Assembly: GCF_009914755.1 (NCBI RefSeq)
Contig: NC_060933.1
Reading direction: 5' to 3' (one strand)
Length of the DNA: 64,000 nucleotides
DNA from: the human T2T-CHM13v2.0 reference genome, Homo sapiens
Shown: in pieces, positions 38,240-52,650 of the stretch
How positions within the stretch are numbered: the first letter of the stretch is position 1
Layout: the number at the start of each line of letters is the position of its first letter
Position numbers and translations under genes: made by a program
Notes under the pieces: generated by a model
Database searches by the model: none
Seen by the model: only the letters and a program-made list of their open reading frames with translations
Told to the model about the DNA's origin: nothing

Positions 38240-39340
38240 TCAACTTCTAGGAAAATGGAGAAGAACTTCTCTTTCCTATTCCTCCTTTTAAGTACAACTA
38301 AAACCTCTGGATGTTATGTAAAACAAACATAAGAAGACTTTGGAAGATGGAGAGAAGGCAGACTGGCTGGGGACTTCAGGATCCAAAAAAATGACGTGGT
38401 AAGGTGTTCCCAGGATTTTTTGTTTTGCCTCATATATCCCAGACTTAGAGCTAAAGGAGCCAGCAACCCAGAAATGCCAGCAGATGAAAAAAAAAAAAAA
38501 GCCCCAACAAATGTTTGCTCTCCTTAGCTAAAGGACTAGGAATAGGGTAGTCTTGCAAGAAACAAAACTCCAGCCAAGCATCATAGAAAAACATGTGGCC
38601 CCACATCCATATGTCACTTATGAGCCAAGAAGCCACCCTATTCACTTTAGAGCTAGGCACCCTAAGACCCCAGACCTTACCAGTGGGTGTCAGAGATGAC
38701 CAAGTAGAGAAGTTAGAGAGCCAGGATCTCATCCCCATCAGCAGTTAGGAGCACCACCACCACCACCACCACCACCAGAACAACAACGACAGTAGAAACC
38801 CTGCGGGCAGACTGTGACTCCAGAAAAAAAAAAAAAAAAAAAAAGAGAGTCTTACTTAAGATATTAATTAATTTCAAAACAGAAGAAAAAGAAAAATAAG
38901 TGAACGAACATCCTACTTTGGGCAAGAATGAGAAATTTTGGTGAAGAGCTGAAAATGCGACATGAAGAAAGAATCTTCGGCACAGATATGGGATGAAATA
39001 CAAGTGAAGTGCAAGAAGAATGGAGGTGGAAGAGAGAATTTTAAGAAGATGACTACAATTCGTGTTCATTGAAGAACACAAATAATGGCATTAATAAATA
39101 CTTAATTGCTTTTAAAAAATGTTCAAAGAAATAAAAGATCATCCAAGGAATTATTAGCCAGAAAATCTAATTTTAAAAATATAAAGGCCACAGACAAAAT
39201 ATCAATAATACTTAAGAACTCAGGGTGCATTTTTCATTAGCATTTCCTGATTATATCTGTAGAGAACACACTTCAGACAACCAAAATGACTAAAAAAAAA
39301 GTAACATAAGGACTAGAAATGGGCACTAACTATATATTTT
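38240..39340 (+). mobile_element. Old L1M 5' UTR/ORF1 fragments
   Basis: TCCTATTCCTCC..AAGTACAACTAAAAC..ACATAAGAAGACT..GAAGATGGAGAGAAGGCAGACTGGCTGGGGAC resembles L1MC/MD 5' ends. Confidence 0.6.
38752..38776 (+). repeat. (CAC)n trinucleotide repeat
   Basis: About 8 CAC units. Confidence 0.9.
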
Positions 39341-39367
39341 CCACACAACTAAAACTTGATGTTGATA

Positions 39368-39710
<343 letters not shown>

Positions 39711-39719
39711 TTAAAAAAG

Positions 39720-40940
39720 CTCCTACTGGTAAAAGATGGGACAATTTGAGCATCTGTAAAAATAATAAGTGTGATAAACCAAAGCATGTCAAATGTGTTT
39801 AACTCCATGAACTCATTATGATACTAAAAAAAAAGAAGCTTTCTCACCACACACACACTTCATTTAATACCATTAGTGCAAGTAATAAGGAATTAACCCA
39901 TATGAAAAGTCTATAAAAAAAAGAAACAAGCATTTATTCTGCCTTTTCTATAAATAGTACCTCAGAGAAACAAAAAGACAGATAAGGAGTAGTAGACCTT
40001 TATAAAAATATCCCAGTTTATACATGAAGCAAAAATAATTTAATTAAAATGTAAATATTTTGCAGCTTTAGTGAAATTTGGATCCAAACACTAAACATTG
40101 ATGGCTGCTGACATCACAAAACGAGACAACTTGATGTTAGGTTTCTTGTAAAGGAAGTACAAAATGCCTCCTATCAAACAGTGCTGCAAATGGTCAATCT
40201 AATCACCAGTTTTCAAGAAATATAAGAGAAAGAAGAACACATTAAATGATGTCACTGGGATGCAAGTAATACATTCAGATTACTGGAAAATCACAAGACA
40301 AAAAATACTCCCATTTCTTTTTTTTGTTATTATTTGATTTTCTCAAGTTTTGCGGTACATGTGTAGGATGTTCAGGTTTGTTATACAGGTAAAAGTGTGC
40401 CATGGTGGTTTGCTGCAGCTATCCACCCATCACCTAGGTATTAAGCCCAAATGATTTCTTAAAAATAGATTGTAAGAAGAAAAAAACAGAGTGATGACTA
40501 ATAGTCAAATAGTCTGAAATGACTATTTGAAAACAACTAATCAAATTAACTAATCAAAATGTATGATACTTGTTTGGATCCCAATTTGACCAAATATTCT
40601 GTAAAAATAAAAAGAACAGTTGTAGGACAATCAGTAAGAGGTGTCTACTGCCTACATATTTGGTGATATTAGAAATTATTTTGGGAGAGTGTGATAAGGA
40701 TATTTTGGTTATGTTTTCAAAGGTAGCTATTGTGTTTTAGACATATATACTGATATGTTTATAGATGCAATAATGTGCTCTGGGATTTGTTTCAAAACAA
40801 TGAAATGGAGGGTGAATGTGTGAGGTTATGGAGAAGGAAAGAATTGGCTATGCTTTGTTAATTGTCAAAGCTAGGTGATGGGAATGTAAGAGTTAAAAAA
40901 TACTCCTAAGTCTGAAATTCTCTGTAATAGAAATTGTTAA
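39720..40940 (+). mobile_element. L1ME-like 3' region
   Basis: GATGGCTGCTGACATCACAAAA..CTTGTTTGGATCC..TGTGATAAGGATATT..TCTGGGATTTGTTTCAAAA..CTAGGTGATGGG. Confidence 0.7.
40318..40449 (-). mobile_element. Very short L1PA (PA10/11-like) 3' end
   Basis: GGTACATGTG..CAGGTTTGTTA..GTGCCATGGTGGTTTGCTGCA..CCCATCACCTAGGTATTAAGCCCA. Confidence 0.85.
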
Positions 40941-41559
40941 AATATGACCTTGTGCCTATGAAGTGTAAAATTCCAGGACATCACAATAGATAAACTATTG
41001 TTTGTATCTAATATTTCATTTCTTTAGAAAGCAACATATTTTTCAACAGTTCTACAGTGCTTTTAAGGATTTTACTACCAAGAAACTTTTTATTATGGTG
41101 ACTTTGTTTTAAATGTGTCTTTATTTTCAATATATCACTGCACTAGAGATAACTACACTTAAGACAACCCACTTTAGGTCACTGAATACACTACTTTTGT
41201 CTCAGCTAATGGCTGGGAGATTAATATTATGGCAGTAGACAATAATCATAGATGAGTCTAGCTTCCAGATATTAATACAGAGAGTTACTGAACTCATGAG
41301 CCTATTATTTGATAGTCACTTTTCATTTTTTTAAGTGGAAAGGTACACTTGCTATAAGATAGAAAAGAATGAATTTTCATCCTCAAGGCTGTGTGTTGCC
41401 ATATTATTGATTTTTACAGAACTTAAGGCTGTCCCAAAATGTATGTTTCTTAAATGTAAAAAAAAAAAGTATTCTTTATATATTTATTTAGGAAGAATAT
41501 TATAATTACTTTGGCTTCATATTTGAATAGCTTTATTAAGTATGGAAACAAAAAGTGAC

Positions 41560-42382
41560 ATTTAAACAAAAGTGAAATGTTAAAAAAATTAAAAAGAACA
41601 GCTATGTAACAACTCAACAATAGAATTTTAGTAGTTTCTTTCAAAACCCTTGTGTAATCTTTACATAAACCCATCACTCTCCCCACCCTCACAGAGGTAA
41701 CCACTATGCTGAAATTTGCATTTATTCGTTTTCTTTATTGTTTAATCCAATATGTTCTTATAATATGCTGTCTAGTTTTTCAAGCGTTGAAGCATATATT
41801 AATGGAAACACACTGTATATATTCTTCTAGGACTTTCTCTATTTTAAAAGATTATGTTTTTGAGATTTACCCACATTAATGATTTTCGCTGAAGTTGATT
41901 CATTTCCATGTCATAAAATATCTGAACTTAAAATGTACTCCATTTTATTTAGAAATTTGTTTTTATTTTTAGTTTTTCCTCTTATAAGCATTTCTATGAG
42001 CATTCCTGGTGTGTGAGAATGTATACATAGATATGTCTGATATACATATATAATAATTTCTCTAGAATATATAACCAAATGTGGAATGATTGCATCAGAG
42101 AGCAAGTAGCTTTTCAGTTTTACTAGACAGTGCAAAACTCTATCCAAGTACTATAACAAATTTGTGATTCTATCAGCAATAAGAATTCTAATTCCTGGAC
42201 ATCTACATTAGCAGTTGATATCGCAAAATCTATGCTAATTTGGGTGTAAGATAGTATGCCACTGTGGCTTTAGTTTACATTTGCCCAGTTACTAATATCA
42301 TTCAGCATCCTTTAATGTTATTTGTGTAGTTGTGTTCATCTTAATTTATCTATGTTTTTTTTATACCAGATTTCTACTTGGT
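41560..42382 (-). mobile_element. L1ME-like fragment (left part of the element that hosts the L1PA)
   Basis: CAGAGGTAACCACTAT..TTTTTGAGATTTACCCA..TATGAGCATTC..TTTCTCTAGAATATATA. Confidence 0.7.
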
Positions 42383-42396
42383 CATTTAACTTTTTA

Positions 42397-45078
42397 ATTT
42401 ATTTTTTTATTTTTACTTTCTGGGATACATGTGCAGCTAAGTTCTGGGATACATGTGCAGCATGTGCAGGTTTGTTATACAGGTATACATGTGCCATGGT
42501 GATTTGGTATGCCTAGCAACCCGTCATCTAGGTTTTAAGCCCCACATGCATTAGGTATTTCTCCTAATGCTTTCCCTCCCCTTGACCCCCACCCCCTGAT
42601 AGGCCCCAGTGTGTGATGTTCCCCTCCCTGTGTCCATGTGTTCTCATTGTTCAACTCCCATGTATAAGTGAGAAAATGCAGTGTTTGATTTTGCATTCCT
42701 GTATTAGTCAGCTGAGAATGATGGCTTCCACCTTCATCCATGTACCTGCAAAGGACATTAACTCATTCTTCTTCATGACTGCATAGTATTCCATGGTGTA
42801 TATGTACCACATTTTCTTTATCCAATCTATCATTGATGCACATTTTGGTTGGTTCCAAGTCTTTGCTATTGTGAACAGTGCTGCAATAAACATACGTGTG
42901 CATGTGTCTTTATAGTAGAATGAATTATCTTCCTTTGGGTATATACCCAGTAATGGGATTGCTGGGTCAAATGGTATTTCTGTTCTAGATCTTTGGGGAA
43001 TTGCATTGCCACACCGTCTTCCACAATGGTTGAACTAATTTACCCTCCCACCAACAGTGTAAAAGCATTTCTATTTCTCCACATCCTCTCCAGCATCTGT
43101 TGTTTTCTGACTTTTTAATGATCCCCATTCTAACTGGCATGAGATAGTATCTCATTCTGGTTGTGATTTGCATTTCTCTAATGACCAGTGATGATGAGCT
43201 TTTTTTCATATGTTTGTTGGCCACATATATATCTTCTTTTGAGAACTGTCTGTTCATATCCTTTGCCCACTTTTTGATGGGGTTGTTGGTTTTTTTCTTG
43301 TAAATTTGTTTAAGTTCCTTGTAAATTCTGGATATTAGGCCTTTGTCAGATGGGTAGCTTGTGAAAGTTTTCTCCCATTCTGTAGGTTGCCTGTTCACTC
43401 TGATGATAGTTTCTTTTGCTGTGCAGAAGCTCTTTAGTTTGACTAGATTCCATTTGTCAATTTTGTCTTTTGTTGCAATTGTTTTTGATGTTTTAGTCAT
43501 GAAGTCTTTGCCCATGCCTATGTCCTGAATGGTATTGCCTAGGTTTTCTTCTGGGGTTTTTATGGTTTTGGGTTTTACATTTACATCTTTAATCTATCTT
43601 AAATCAATTTTTGTAAAAGGTGTAAGGAAGGGATCCAGTTTCTGTTTTCTGCATATGGCTAGCTGGTTTTCCCAGGACCATTTATTAAATAGGGAATCCT
43701 TTCCCCATGGCTTATTTTTGTCAAGTTTCTAGAAGATCAGATGGTTGTAGATGTGGTTGTGTTATTTCTGAGGTCTCTGTTCTGTTCAACTGGTCTATAT
43801 ATCTGTGTTGGTACCAGTATGATGATGTTTTGGTTACTGTAGCCTCATAGTATAGTTTGAAGTCAGGTAGTGTGATGCCTCCAGCTTGTTTCTTTTTGCT
43901 TAGGATTATCTTGACTATATGGACTCTTTTAAATTCCATATGAAATTTAAAGTAGCTTTTTTTTTCTAATTCTGCAAAGAAAGTCACTGGTAGCTTGATG
44001 GGAATAGCATTAAAACTATAAATTACTTTAGGCAGTATGGCTATTTTCATGATATTGATTCTTCCTATCCATGAGCATGAAATGTTTTTCCATTTGTTTG
44101 TGTCCTTTCTTATTTCCTTGAGCAGTGGTTTGTAGTTCTCCTTGTAGAGATCCTCCACGTCCCTTGTAAGTTGTATTCCTAGGTATTTTATTTTCTTTGT
44201 AGCAGTTGTGAATGGGAGTTCACTCATGATTTGGCTGTCTGCTTGTCTATTGTTGGTGTATAGGAATGCTTGTGAGTGTTGCACACTGATTTTGTATCCT
44301 GAAACTTTGCTGAAGTTGCTTATCAGCTTAAGCAGTTTTGGGGCTGAGACGATGGGATTTTCTAAATATACAATCATGTCATCTGCAAACAGAGACAATT
44401 TGACTTCCTCTCTTCCTATTTGAATACTCTTTATTTCTTTTTTCTTGCCTGATTGCCCTGGCCAGAACCTCCAATACTATGTTGACTAAGAGTGGTGAGA
44501 AGAGTGTCCTTGTCTTGTACTGGTTTTCAAAGGGAATGCTTCCAGCTTTTGCCCATTTAGTATGATATTATCTATGGGTTTGTCATAAATAGCTCTTATT
44601 ATTTTGAGATATGTTCCATCAATACCTCGTTTATTGAGGGTTTTTAGCATGAAGTGATGTTGAATGTTATCAAAGGCCTTTTTTTGCATCTATTGAGATA
44701 ATTATGTGGTTTCTGTCATTGGTTCTGTTTATGTGATGGATTATGTTTATTGATTTGCATATGTTGAACCAGCCTTGCATCCTAGGGATGAAGCCGACTT
44801 GATCATGGTGGATAAACTTTTTGAAATGCTGCTGGATTTGGTTTGCCAGTATTTTACTGAGGATTTTTGCATCAATGTTCATCAGGGATAGTGGCCTGAA
44901 ATTTTCTTTTTTTGTTGTGTCTCTGCCAGGTTTTGGTATCAGGATGATGCTGGCCTCATAAAACAAGTTAGGGAGGAGTCTCTTTTTTTCTATTGTTTGG
45001 AATAGTTTCAGAAGGAATGGTACCAGATCATCCTTGTACCACTGGTAGCATTCGGCTGTGAATCTGCCTGGTCCTGGG

Positions 45079-45123
<45 letters not shown>

Positions 45124-46330
45124 GTTTGTAGTCTACTAATTACTGCCTAAATTTCAGAACTTGTTATTGGTCTATTCAGGGATTGGATTTCTTTCTGGTT
45201 TAGTCCTGGGAGGGTGTATAAGTCCAGGAATTTATCTATCTAGATTTGTCTAGATTTTCTAGTTTATTTGCGTAGAGGTGTTTATAGTATTCTCTGATGG
45301 TAGTTTGTATTTCTGTGGGATCAGTGGTGATATCCCCTTTATCATTTTTTATTGTGTCTATTTCATTCTTTTCTCTTTTATTCTTTATTAGTCTAGTTAG
45401 TTGTCCGCCTATTTTGTTAGTCTTTTCAAAATGCAGCTCCTTGATTCATTAATTTTTGAAGGGTTTTTTGTGTCTCTATCTCCTTCAGTTCTGCTCTGAT
45501 CTTAGTTATTTCTTGTCTTCCACTAGCTTTTGAATTTGTTTGCTCTTGCTTCTCTAGTTCTTTTAATTGTGATGTTAGGGTGTTGATTTTAGATCTTTCC
45601 AGCTTTCTATTGTGGGCATTTAGTGCTATAAATTTCCCTCTTAACACTGCTTTAGCTGTGTCCCAGATGATGAGCAGGTTGTTCAGTTTTCATGTAGTTG
45701 TGTGGTTTTCAGTGAGTTTCTTAATCCTAAATTCTAATTTGATTGCTCTGTGGTCAGAGAGACTGTTTGTTATGATTTCCATTCTTTTGCATTTGCTGAG
45801 GAGTGTTTTACTTCCAATTATGTGGTCAATTTTAGAATATGTGCTATGTTGCACTGAGAACAATGTATATTCTGTTGATTTGGGGTGGAGAGTTCTGTGT
45901 ATGTCTATTAGATCCATTTGGTCCAGAGCCGAGTTCAAGTCTTGAATATCCTTGTTAAATTTCTGTCTGATTAATCTGTCCAATATTGAGAGTGGGGTGT
46001 AAAAGTCTCCCACTATTATTGTGTGGGAGTCTAAGTCTCTTTGTAGATCTCTAAGAACTTGTTTTATGAATCTGTGTGCTCCTGTATTGGGTGCATATGT
46101 ATTTGGGATAGTTGGCTCTTCTTGCATTGATCACTTTACCATTACGTAATGTCTTTCTTTGTCTTTTTTGGTCTTTGTTGGTTTAAAGTCTGTTTAATCA
46201 GAGACTAGGATTGCAACACTTGCTTTTTTTTTTCTTTCCATTTGCTTGGTAAATATTCCTTTATCCCTTTATTTTGAGCCTATGTGTGTCTTGGCACTTG
46301 AGATGGGTCTCCTGCATCCAGCACATTGAT
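42397..46330 (-). mobile_element. L1PA7/8-like: ORF2 and 3' UTR (non-inverted segment), disrupted
   Basis: Minus ORFs encode endonuclease (YAPNTGA..SKIDH..SDH), RT ([14 protein letters not shown]; [10 protein letters not shown]; KYLGI) and C-terminal motifs, with stops and frameshifts; T-rich tail at ~42397-42417. Confidence 0.97.
45080..45122. repeat. Poly(T)43 homopolymer inside L1 ORF2
   Basis: Uninterrupted T run within GGGC(T)nGGTT. Confidence 0.95.
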
Positions 46331-47290
46331 GGAGCCAAGATGGCTGAATAGGAACAGCTCCAGTCTACAGCTCCCAGCGAGACCAATGCAGAAGGTGGGT
46401 GATTTCTGCATTTCCAACTGAAGTACCCAGTTCATCTAATTGGGACTGGTTAGGCAGTGGGTGCAGCCCATGGAGGGTGAGCAGAAGTAGGGTGGGCGTT
46501 TCACCTGGGAAATGCAAGGAGCCGGGGACCTCCCTCCCCAAGCCAAGGGAAGCTGTGAGGGACTGTGCTACCCAGCTGGGTTACTATGTTTCTCTCACAG
46601 TTTCTGCAATCTGCAGATCAGGAGATTCTCTCGTGCCTACACACAAGGGCCCTGGGTTTCAATCACAAAACTGGGTGGCTGTTTGGGCAGACACCGAGCT
46701 AGTTGCAGGAATATTTTTTTCATACCCCATTGGCACCTGGAACCCCATGAGAGAGAACCATTCACTCCCCTGGAAAGGGGGCTGAAGCCAGGAAGCCAAG
46801 TGGTCTCCCTCAGTGAGTCCCATTCCCACAGAGCCCAGCAAGCTAAGAACCACTGGCTTGAAATTCTCGCTGCCAGAACAGCAGTCTGAAGTCAACCTGG
46901 GACGATCGAGCTTGGTTGTGGGGAGGGGTATCCACCATTACTGAGGCTTTAGTAGGCGGTTTTCCCCTGACAGTGCTAAGGAGGCTAGGAGGTCTGGGCT
47001 GGGAGCAGCAAAGTAGTTATGGTCAGACTGCTTCTCTAGATTCCTCCTTACTGGGCAGGGCATCTCTGAAGGAAAGGCAACAGCCCTAGTCAGGGGCTTA
47101 CAGATGAAATCTCCATCTCCCTGGGACAGAATACCTGGAGGAAGGGGTGGCTGTGGGCACAACTTCAGCGGAGTTAATCCTTCCTGCCTGCCAGCTCTTA
47201 AGAGAGCAGCTGATCCTGACAAGACGGATTCTCCCAGCACAATGCACCAGCTCTGCTAAGGGACAGAGTGCCTCCTCAAGTGGGTCCCTG
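46331..47290 (+). promoter_or_regulatory. L1 5' UTR internal promoter remnant with YY1-type motif
   Basis: CAAGATGGC at 46336-46344; CpG-depleted 5' UTR; activity unknown. Confidence 0.5.
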
Positions 47291-48241
47291 ACCCCTGTGC
47301 CTCCTGACTGGGAGAGACCAGTCTAACCCAATGCAAGGAAGCTAAGAATCTTGATAAAAGGTTACACGAACTGCTAGCTAGAATAACCAGCAGGAGAACT
47401 TCATGAAGCATACACAAGTATCAATAACCGAATCAATCAAGCAGAAGAAAAGATATCAGAGATTCAAGGTCAACTTACTGAAATAAGTCATGAAGACAAG
47501 ATTAGAGAAAAAAGAATGAAAAGGAATGAACAAAGCCTCCAAGAAATATGGGACTATGTGAAAAGACCAAACCTATGATTGATTGGTGTACCTGAAAGTG
47601 ACTGGGAGAATGGAACCAAGTTGGAAAACACTCTTCAGGATATTATCCAGGAGAACTTCCCCAACTTAGCAAGACAAGCCAACATTCAAATTTAAGAAAT
47701 ACAGAGAACACCACGAAGACACTCCTCAAGAAGAGCAACCCCAAGACACATAATCGTCAGATTCTCCAAGGTTGAAATGAAGGAAAAAATATTAAGGGCA
47801 GCTAGATAGAAAGGTCAAGTTACCTACAAAGGGAAGTGCAGCAGACTAACAGCAGATCTCTCTGCAGAAACGCTATAAGCCAGAAGAGAGTGGGGGCCAA
47901 TATTCAACATTTTTGAAGAAAAGAATTTTCAACTCAGAATTTCGTATCCAGCCAAACTAAGCTTCATAAGTGAAGGAGACATAAAATCCTTTACAGACAA
48001 GGAGATGCTGAAGGATTTTGTCATCACCAGGCCTGCCTTACAAGAGCTCCTGAAGAAGCACTAAATATGGAAAGAAAAAACTGGTACCAGCCACTGCAAA
48101 AACACACCAAAATATAAAGACCAATGACACTGTGAAGAAACTGCATCAACTAATGTGCAAAATACCCAGCTAGCATCATGATGACAGGATCCAATTCACA
48201 CATAACAATACTAACCTTAAATGTAAATGGGCTAAATGCCC
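46331..48241 (+). mobile_element. Same L1PA insertion: inverted 5' UTR, partial ORF1, spacer and ORF2 start
   Basis: Starts GGAGCCAAGATGGCTGAATAGGAACAGCTCC (L1 5' end); ORF1 remnant ends TAA 48115-48117; ORF2 ATGACAGGATCC at 48181; TSD CATTTAACTTTTTA at 42383 and 48242. Confidence 0.96.
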
Positions 48242-48255
48242 CATTTAACTTTTTA

Positions 48256-49960
<1,705 letters not shown>

Positions 49961-50494
49961 TTACCTATTACTGATTAAAATATTGTATATCAGTTTTAAA
50001 TGTGAGCAGGGGGCAGAGACAATATCTGCCTCATATATACGGTACTAATGTTTTTAATTTTTTCTTTTTGCTTGGTAATGAAGCTACTACATTTCATAGT
50101 CTTTCACATTTAACTTGATAATGAAGTGTTCTAATCATAATGTGTGTTTTCACATATATTTCTTTTTTGCTGTCTCATGAGACATTATGTAATCAAATCC
50201 ATACTAGATTACATGAAACACTTCATAGTAGAATAGAATAAAATTAATAATAAAAATATGCTTTTTATAAAACTTTGTAAAATCAGTGAGCAGGAAATTC
50301 ATTTTGTTGAAGGTGAAACTGAAGCACATAACACAAAGCAACACAATATTTAAGATGAAGATTAAAGAGGTTAGTATATGTAACTTTGAGTGGAAAGTCT
50401 ACAAGTTGAAGTAACTGAAGGGAAAAGTCTTTGCTCAAGTAACATCTACAGCATGGTAACCAGAAAGCTATGGCACACTAGAACAGATATCACT

Positions 50495-51095
50495 TGTGTC
50501 TTTTCTGTGTCAGAGTACAGAGCCTTGACTTCCAACTTCTAGCACCTGCATTTTTTTTTTCCTATAGGTGGTCCTATAATCCACTGGAGACTTTGCAGCC
50601 CATTTGACAAACTAGCAGTGTCTGGAGATTAATGCTTGCTTTCCTTCCTGAGGTCTTCAGCTAATGGTAGTTTGTGTGTAAATGCACCAGCTCCTTCTCC
50701 TCTCTGATGGGGTATCTCTGAGATAAAACTTTGTACAGTGGCCCCCACAACTCTCTAGTGGGATTAAGCTATGTTTCTGTAAGTGATAGCTTCATTGATG
50801 CACCTGTTTTATTGTCTGTCTTCCCCTTCCCTTCTCATTTTTTTACTCTCCTACCTGTGTTTTCTAGAATCATCTTTCAAATAAAACAATTAAACTTGAA
50901 TGCTTTTTTTGCTGGATCAGTTTATTGGGAAGCACACAAAGGCAGGAGTTATCCTAGGACATGGAACTCAGGATGGATTTCTGTAATTGAATAACTTGCT
51001 GACAAAATGGCAATGTGAATTCCACTGCTGGTGGTAAGTGGGGCAATGATAACCTCTAGCATGTTTTTGCATCACAATTAAAAAGACTACTCATT
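50495..51095 (+). mobile_element. LTR16-like ERVL LTR plus start of internal sequence
   Basis: CAGCTAATGG..TAAATGCACCAGCTCC..GTGGGATTAAGC..TTCCCCTTCCCT..TCAAATAAAAC; then CCACTGCTGGTGGTAAGTGGGGC. Confidence 0.7.
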
Positions 51096-52429
51096 CTGAC
51101 AAACGGAGCCTTACTATTGTTTTGTATTCAATTTTATCTTGACATCTATTGGGTCAAGTCTGCCTTACACCTGTGTTTCTTAAGGAGCTAGCACACCTTC
51201 ATAATTTTACCATCACTCCAAAAATGTCAAAGGCATATCTTTTTTACCACCCATCCTATATACAATGGTACTATTCTGATGGGTCATTTCAGCTTCCATG
51301 TGTCATCTATTACCTGCTTCCAAACATTCTCATATGGAGCTCACTTACTACTAAGAACTTATCTTAGTGAATATTCTTCTCACTAACTTGTTGGACACTA
51401 TCAACTCTAAACAAATTTTACAGACCCTCTCATTATTATTAACCTTTTGTCCTTTTGAAAGTTTTATTTTCTTTCAAATTTATACTCTTTTATTTTATAG
51501 TTTCTTATAATAACTTAAAATAATCCATCGGGGTTATCAGCAGTAATGCCAAGAAATGTTAAGAAGAATAGTTTTGCTCTTTTTGACTGAAGTATAAATA
51601 ATGTTTTACACAGTGAAATTACAGATGTTTATTCACTTAAAATAATATTTAATATCATTTTGTTATTAGGTGAATTCTCATAGCCCTTGCTTCACTCTTA
51701 TCTCTATGAAATTGATGGGATTAATCCTATCTGTTTTATGCTTTTGTTTTAAAATTCATCTTTCTTGGATTAACAGCCATTGAATTCTGAGTTGTTATGA
51801 GGATTTTTCAGTTTCTTAGTGATTTTCAGATCAGCGAAGACTGATAATGAAATTAAATAAATAATTTCTTCTTTCTTTTATTTATTTGCATATTTATTTC
51901 TTCATGCTATTTAATAAGTACTCAGCCAAACCCTAAAGATGTAGGTTTGGATAATTTCTCTACTGTTGATATTCCCACAGTCTAAAAGGCAGGGTCAATT
52001 TGTAAACAAATAATTAGAATATAGCATGTTAGATACTAAGGGAGAAAACCTTAATGTCTCACATTGCTAATTGTGAGACATTGCCCCCATTAGAAGCTCT
52101 CTATCAATTCCAGAGATTGAAAACGGGATATATTAATAATTTATTTTCTGTGATACTGCTTCTTCTCACCCTTCAGGGCTTCTGAATATTTCATTCATTG
52201 CATTTCTCTTTCCTTCTACAACAATTTCTCTTCCTGGCATAACCACATGCTAATAAGCACAGGTTTGCACATAAAACTGGAGAAGAGAGAGGCATTGTTT
52301 TTTGAAGGTATATTTAATGCCATGTCTTGTGAAATGGTTTCTAGAGCACATCTGTCTTCTTTTCCCTCCTTTGTGGTCATTCTTGTTCATTCACCCTGTT
52401 TCTGCACCCTGGCTTATTACTTATAGATA

Positions 52430-52650
52430 CTGAGTATAGAAGTCTAGTGGTAATGGTATTAGTTTTAGAATCCTGACAACTATTTGCTAGTATCATAACC
52501 TTGGTTAAATTACCTAATCATACTGAGCATCTCTTTATTCATGTGTAAAATGAGCTAATGCTTATTATTCAGCACTGATATGAAATTAAGCAACTATGTA
52601 GAGATTAGTATATTGGAAACAGTAGACACTATGTGAGTTACCATGTTATT
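52430..52650 (+). mobile_element. MIR
   Basis: AACCTTGGTTAAATTACCTAATC..CTGAGCATC..TCATGTGTAAAATGAG. Confidence 0.65.

Noticed and set aside
38713-39081. 122-aa minus ORF with poly-Val and poly-Phe
   Set aside because: Produced by (CAC)n and poly(A) tracts within old L1 sequence
42535-46127. ORFs with endonuclease and reverse transcriptase motifs (up to 225 aa)
   Set aside because: Fragments of a dead LINE-1 ORF2 with stops, frameshifts and deletions; not a novel RT system, retron or DGR
46399-47240. 100-128 aa ORFs in a GC-richer patch
   Set aside because: Lie within the L1 5' UTR; CpG-depleted, so not a CpG island or gene
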